The notes beneath the pieces were generated by a model. The model made no database searches and was not told where the DNA came from. It saw only the letters and a program-made list of their open reading frames with translations. From the NCBI GenBank assembly GCA_030141605.1, contig JAQGDQ010000593.1, positions 1 to 64,000 on the forward strand: a stretch of DNA of 64,000 nucleotides, given 5' to 3'. This DNA comes from Tubiluchus corallicola. Lineage: Eukaryota > Animalia > Priapulida. Both the position numbers and the translations under genes were made by a program. Below, piece after piece: positions 62,611 through 64,000 of the stretch (position 1 is the first letter of the stretch; each line of letters begins with the position of its first letter).

Positions 62611-63820
62611 TAATGGTCCAAAGATTGTACCTTGTGGAACTTTTATCAGTCTTTATAAATGCAATTAAGAATGGTCCAAAAATTATACCTTGTGGAACCT
62701 TCTTCAGTCTTTATAAATATAATTAAGAATGGTCCAAAGGCTGTACCTTGTGTAACCTTCTCCACTCGTTATAAATATAATTAAGAATGGTCCAAAGGTT
62801 GTACCTTGTTGAACCTTCTCCACTCGTTATAAATATAATTAAGAATGGTCCAAAGGCTGTACCTTGTGGAACCTTCTCTGGTCGTTATAAAAAAAATTAA
62901 GAATGGTCCAAAGGTTGTACCTTGTGGAACCTTCTTCAGTCTTTATAAATATAATTAAGAATTGTCCAAAGGTTGTACCTTGTGGAACCTTCTTCAGTCT
63001 TTATAAATATAATTAAGAATGGTCCAAAGATTGTACCTTGTGGAACCTTCTCTAATTGTTATAAATACAATTAAGAATGGTCGAAAGGTTGTACCTTGTG
63101 GAACCTTCTCTAATCGTTATGAACACAATTAAGAATGGTCGAAAGGTTGTACCTTGTGGAACCTTCTCCAGTCGTTATAAATATAATTAAGAATGGTCCA
63201 AAGGTTGTACCTTGTGGAACCTTCTCTAATCGTTATAAACACAATTAAGAATGGTCGAAAGGTTGTACCTTGTGGAACCTTCTCCACTCGTTATAAATAT
63301 AATAAAGAATGGTGCAAAGGTTGAACCTTGGGGAACCTTCTTCACTCTTTTAAATGTAATAAAGAATGGTGCAAAGGTTGAACCTTGGGGAACCTTCTTC
63401 ACTCTTTATAAATATAATAAAGAATGGTGCAAAGGTTGAACCTTGGGGAACCTTCTTCACTCTTTATGAATATAATAAAGAATGGTGCAAAGGTTGAACC
63501 TTGGGGAACCTTCTTCACTCTTTATAAATATAATAAAGAATGGTGCAAAGGTTGAACGTTGGGGAACCTTCTTCACTCTTTATGAATATAATAAAGAATG
63601 GTGCAAAGGTTGAACCTTGGGGAACCTTCTTCACTCTTTATAAATATAATAAAGAATGGTGCAAAGGTTGAACCTTGGGGAACCTTCTTCACTCTTTATA
63701 AATATAATAAAGAATGGTGCAAAGGTTGAACCTTGGGGAACCTTCTTCACTCTTTATAAATATAATTAAGAATGGTGCAAAGGTTGAACGTTGTGGAACC
63801 TTTTTCACTCTTTATAAATA
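62611..63820. repeat. 58-bp minisatellite, ~21 units, in two variant sub-arrays
   Basis: Units at 62671, 62729, 62787 and onward. The ggtcc/gtaccttgtgg variant switches to ggtgc/gaaccttgggg after ~63300. Confidence 0.96.
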
Positions 63821-64000
63821 ATGTGGCTTTATGTCTTTTTTACCTCACCAGTCATTCTGTATGCAGACGCATCTCGCTATAAATTATCATTGGCTTCTCC
63901 GGCTTCATTAATAAACCGAACGAAGATGGATGGAATTCCAGTCAATGCCTGACTGTCCTGGCCATCATAATTATGCTAATAGGGATGCTGGCATACAGAC

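Overview
AT-rich, repeat-dense animal (probably invertebrate) nuclear DNA with spliceosomal introns. It is not prokaryotic, and nearly all ORF-track entries are spurious read-throughs of repeats. Two spliced genes lie head to head. (1) A SPATA1-like gene on the minus strand, reconstructed by hand as 11 phase-compatible GT-AG exons from ATG 22243 down to 583 (525 codons, continuing beyond the left edge). (2) An RNF220-like E3 ligase gene on the plus strand, with a probable short first exon at 26363-26379 and a large exon at 28610-29199; I found no further RNF220 exon, so the remaining ~35 kb is probably one long intron. Introns hold many non-autonomous DNA transposons (Tc1/mariner, pogo-like, hAT, PIF/Harbinger, Kolobok-like), LINE remnants, a 5S rRNA-headed SINE family, tRNA-like cassettes and more than 15 minisatellites. 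Several minisatellites visibly arose from transposon sequence: a LINE zinc knuckle, an RT motif, a transposase deletion junction and MITE subterminal repeats. I found no CRISPR array or clearly novel protein system. Gene and family names come from my recall of homologous sequences, not from a search.
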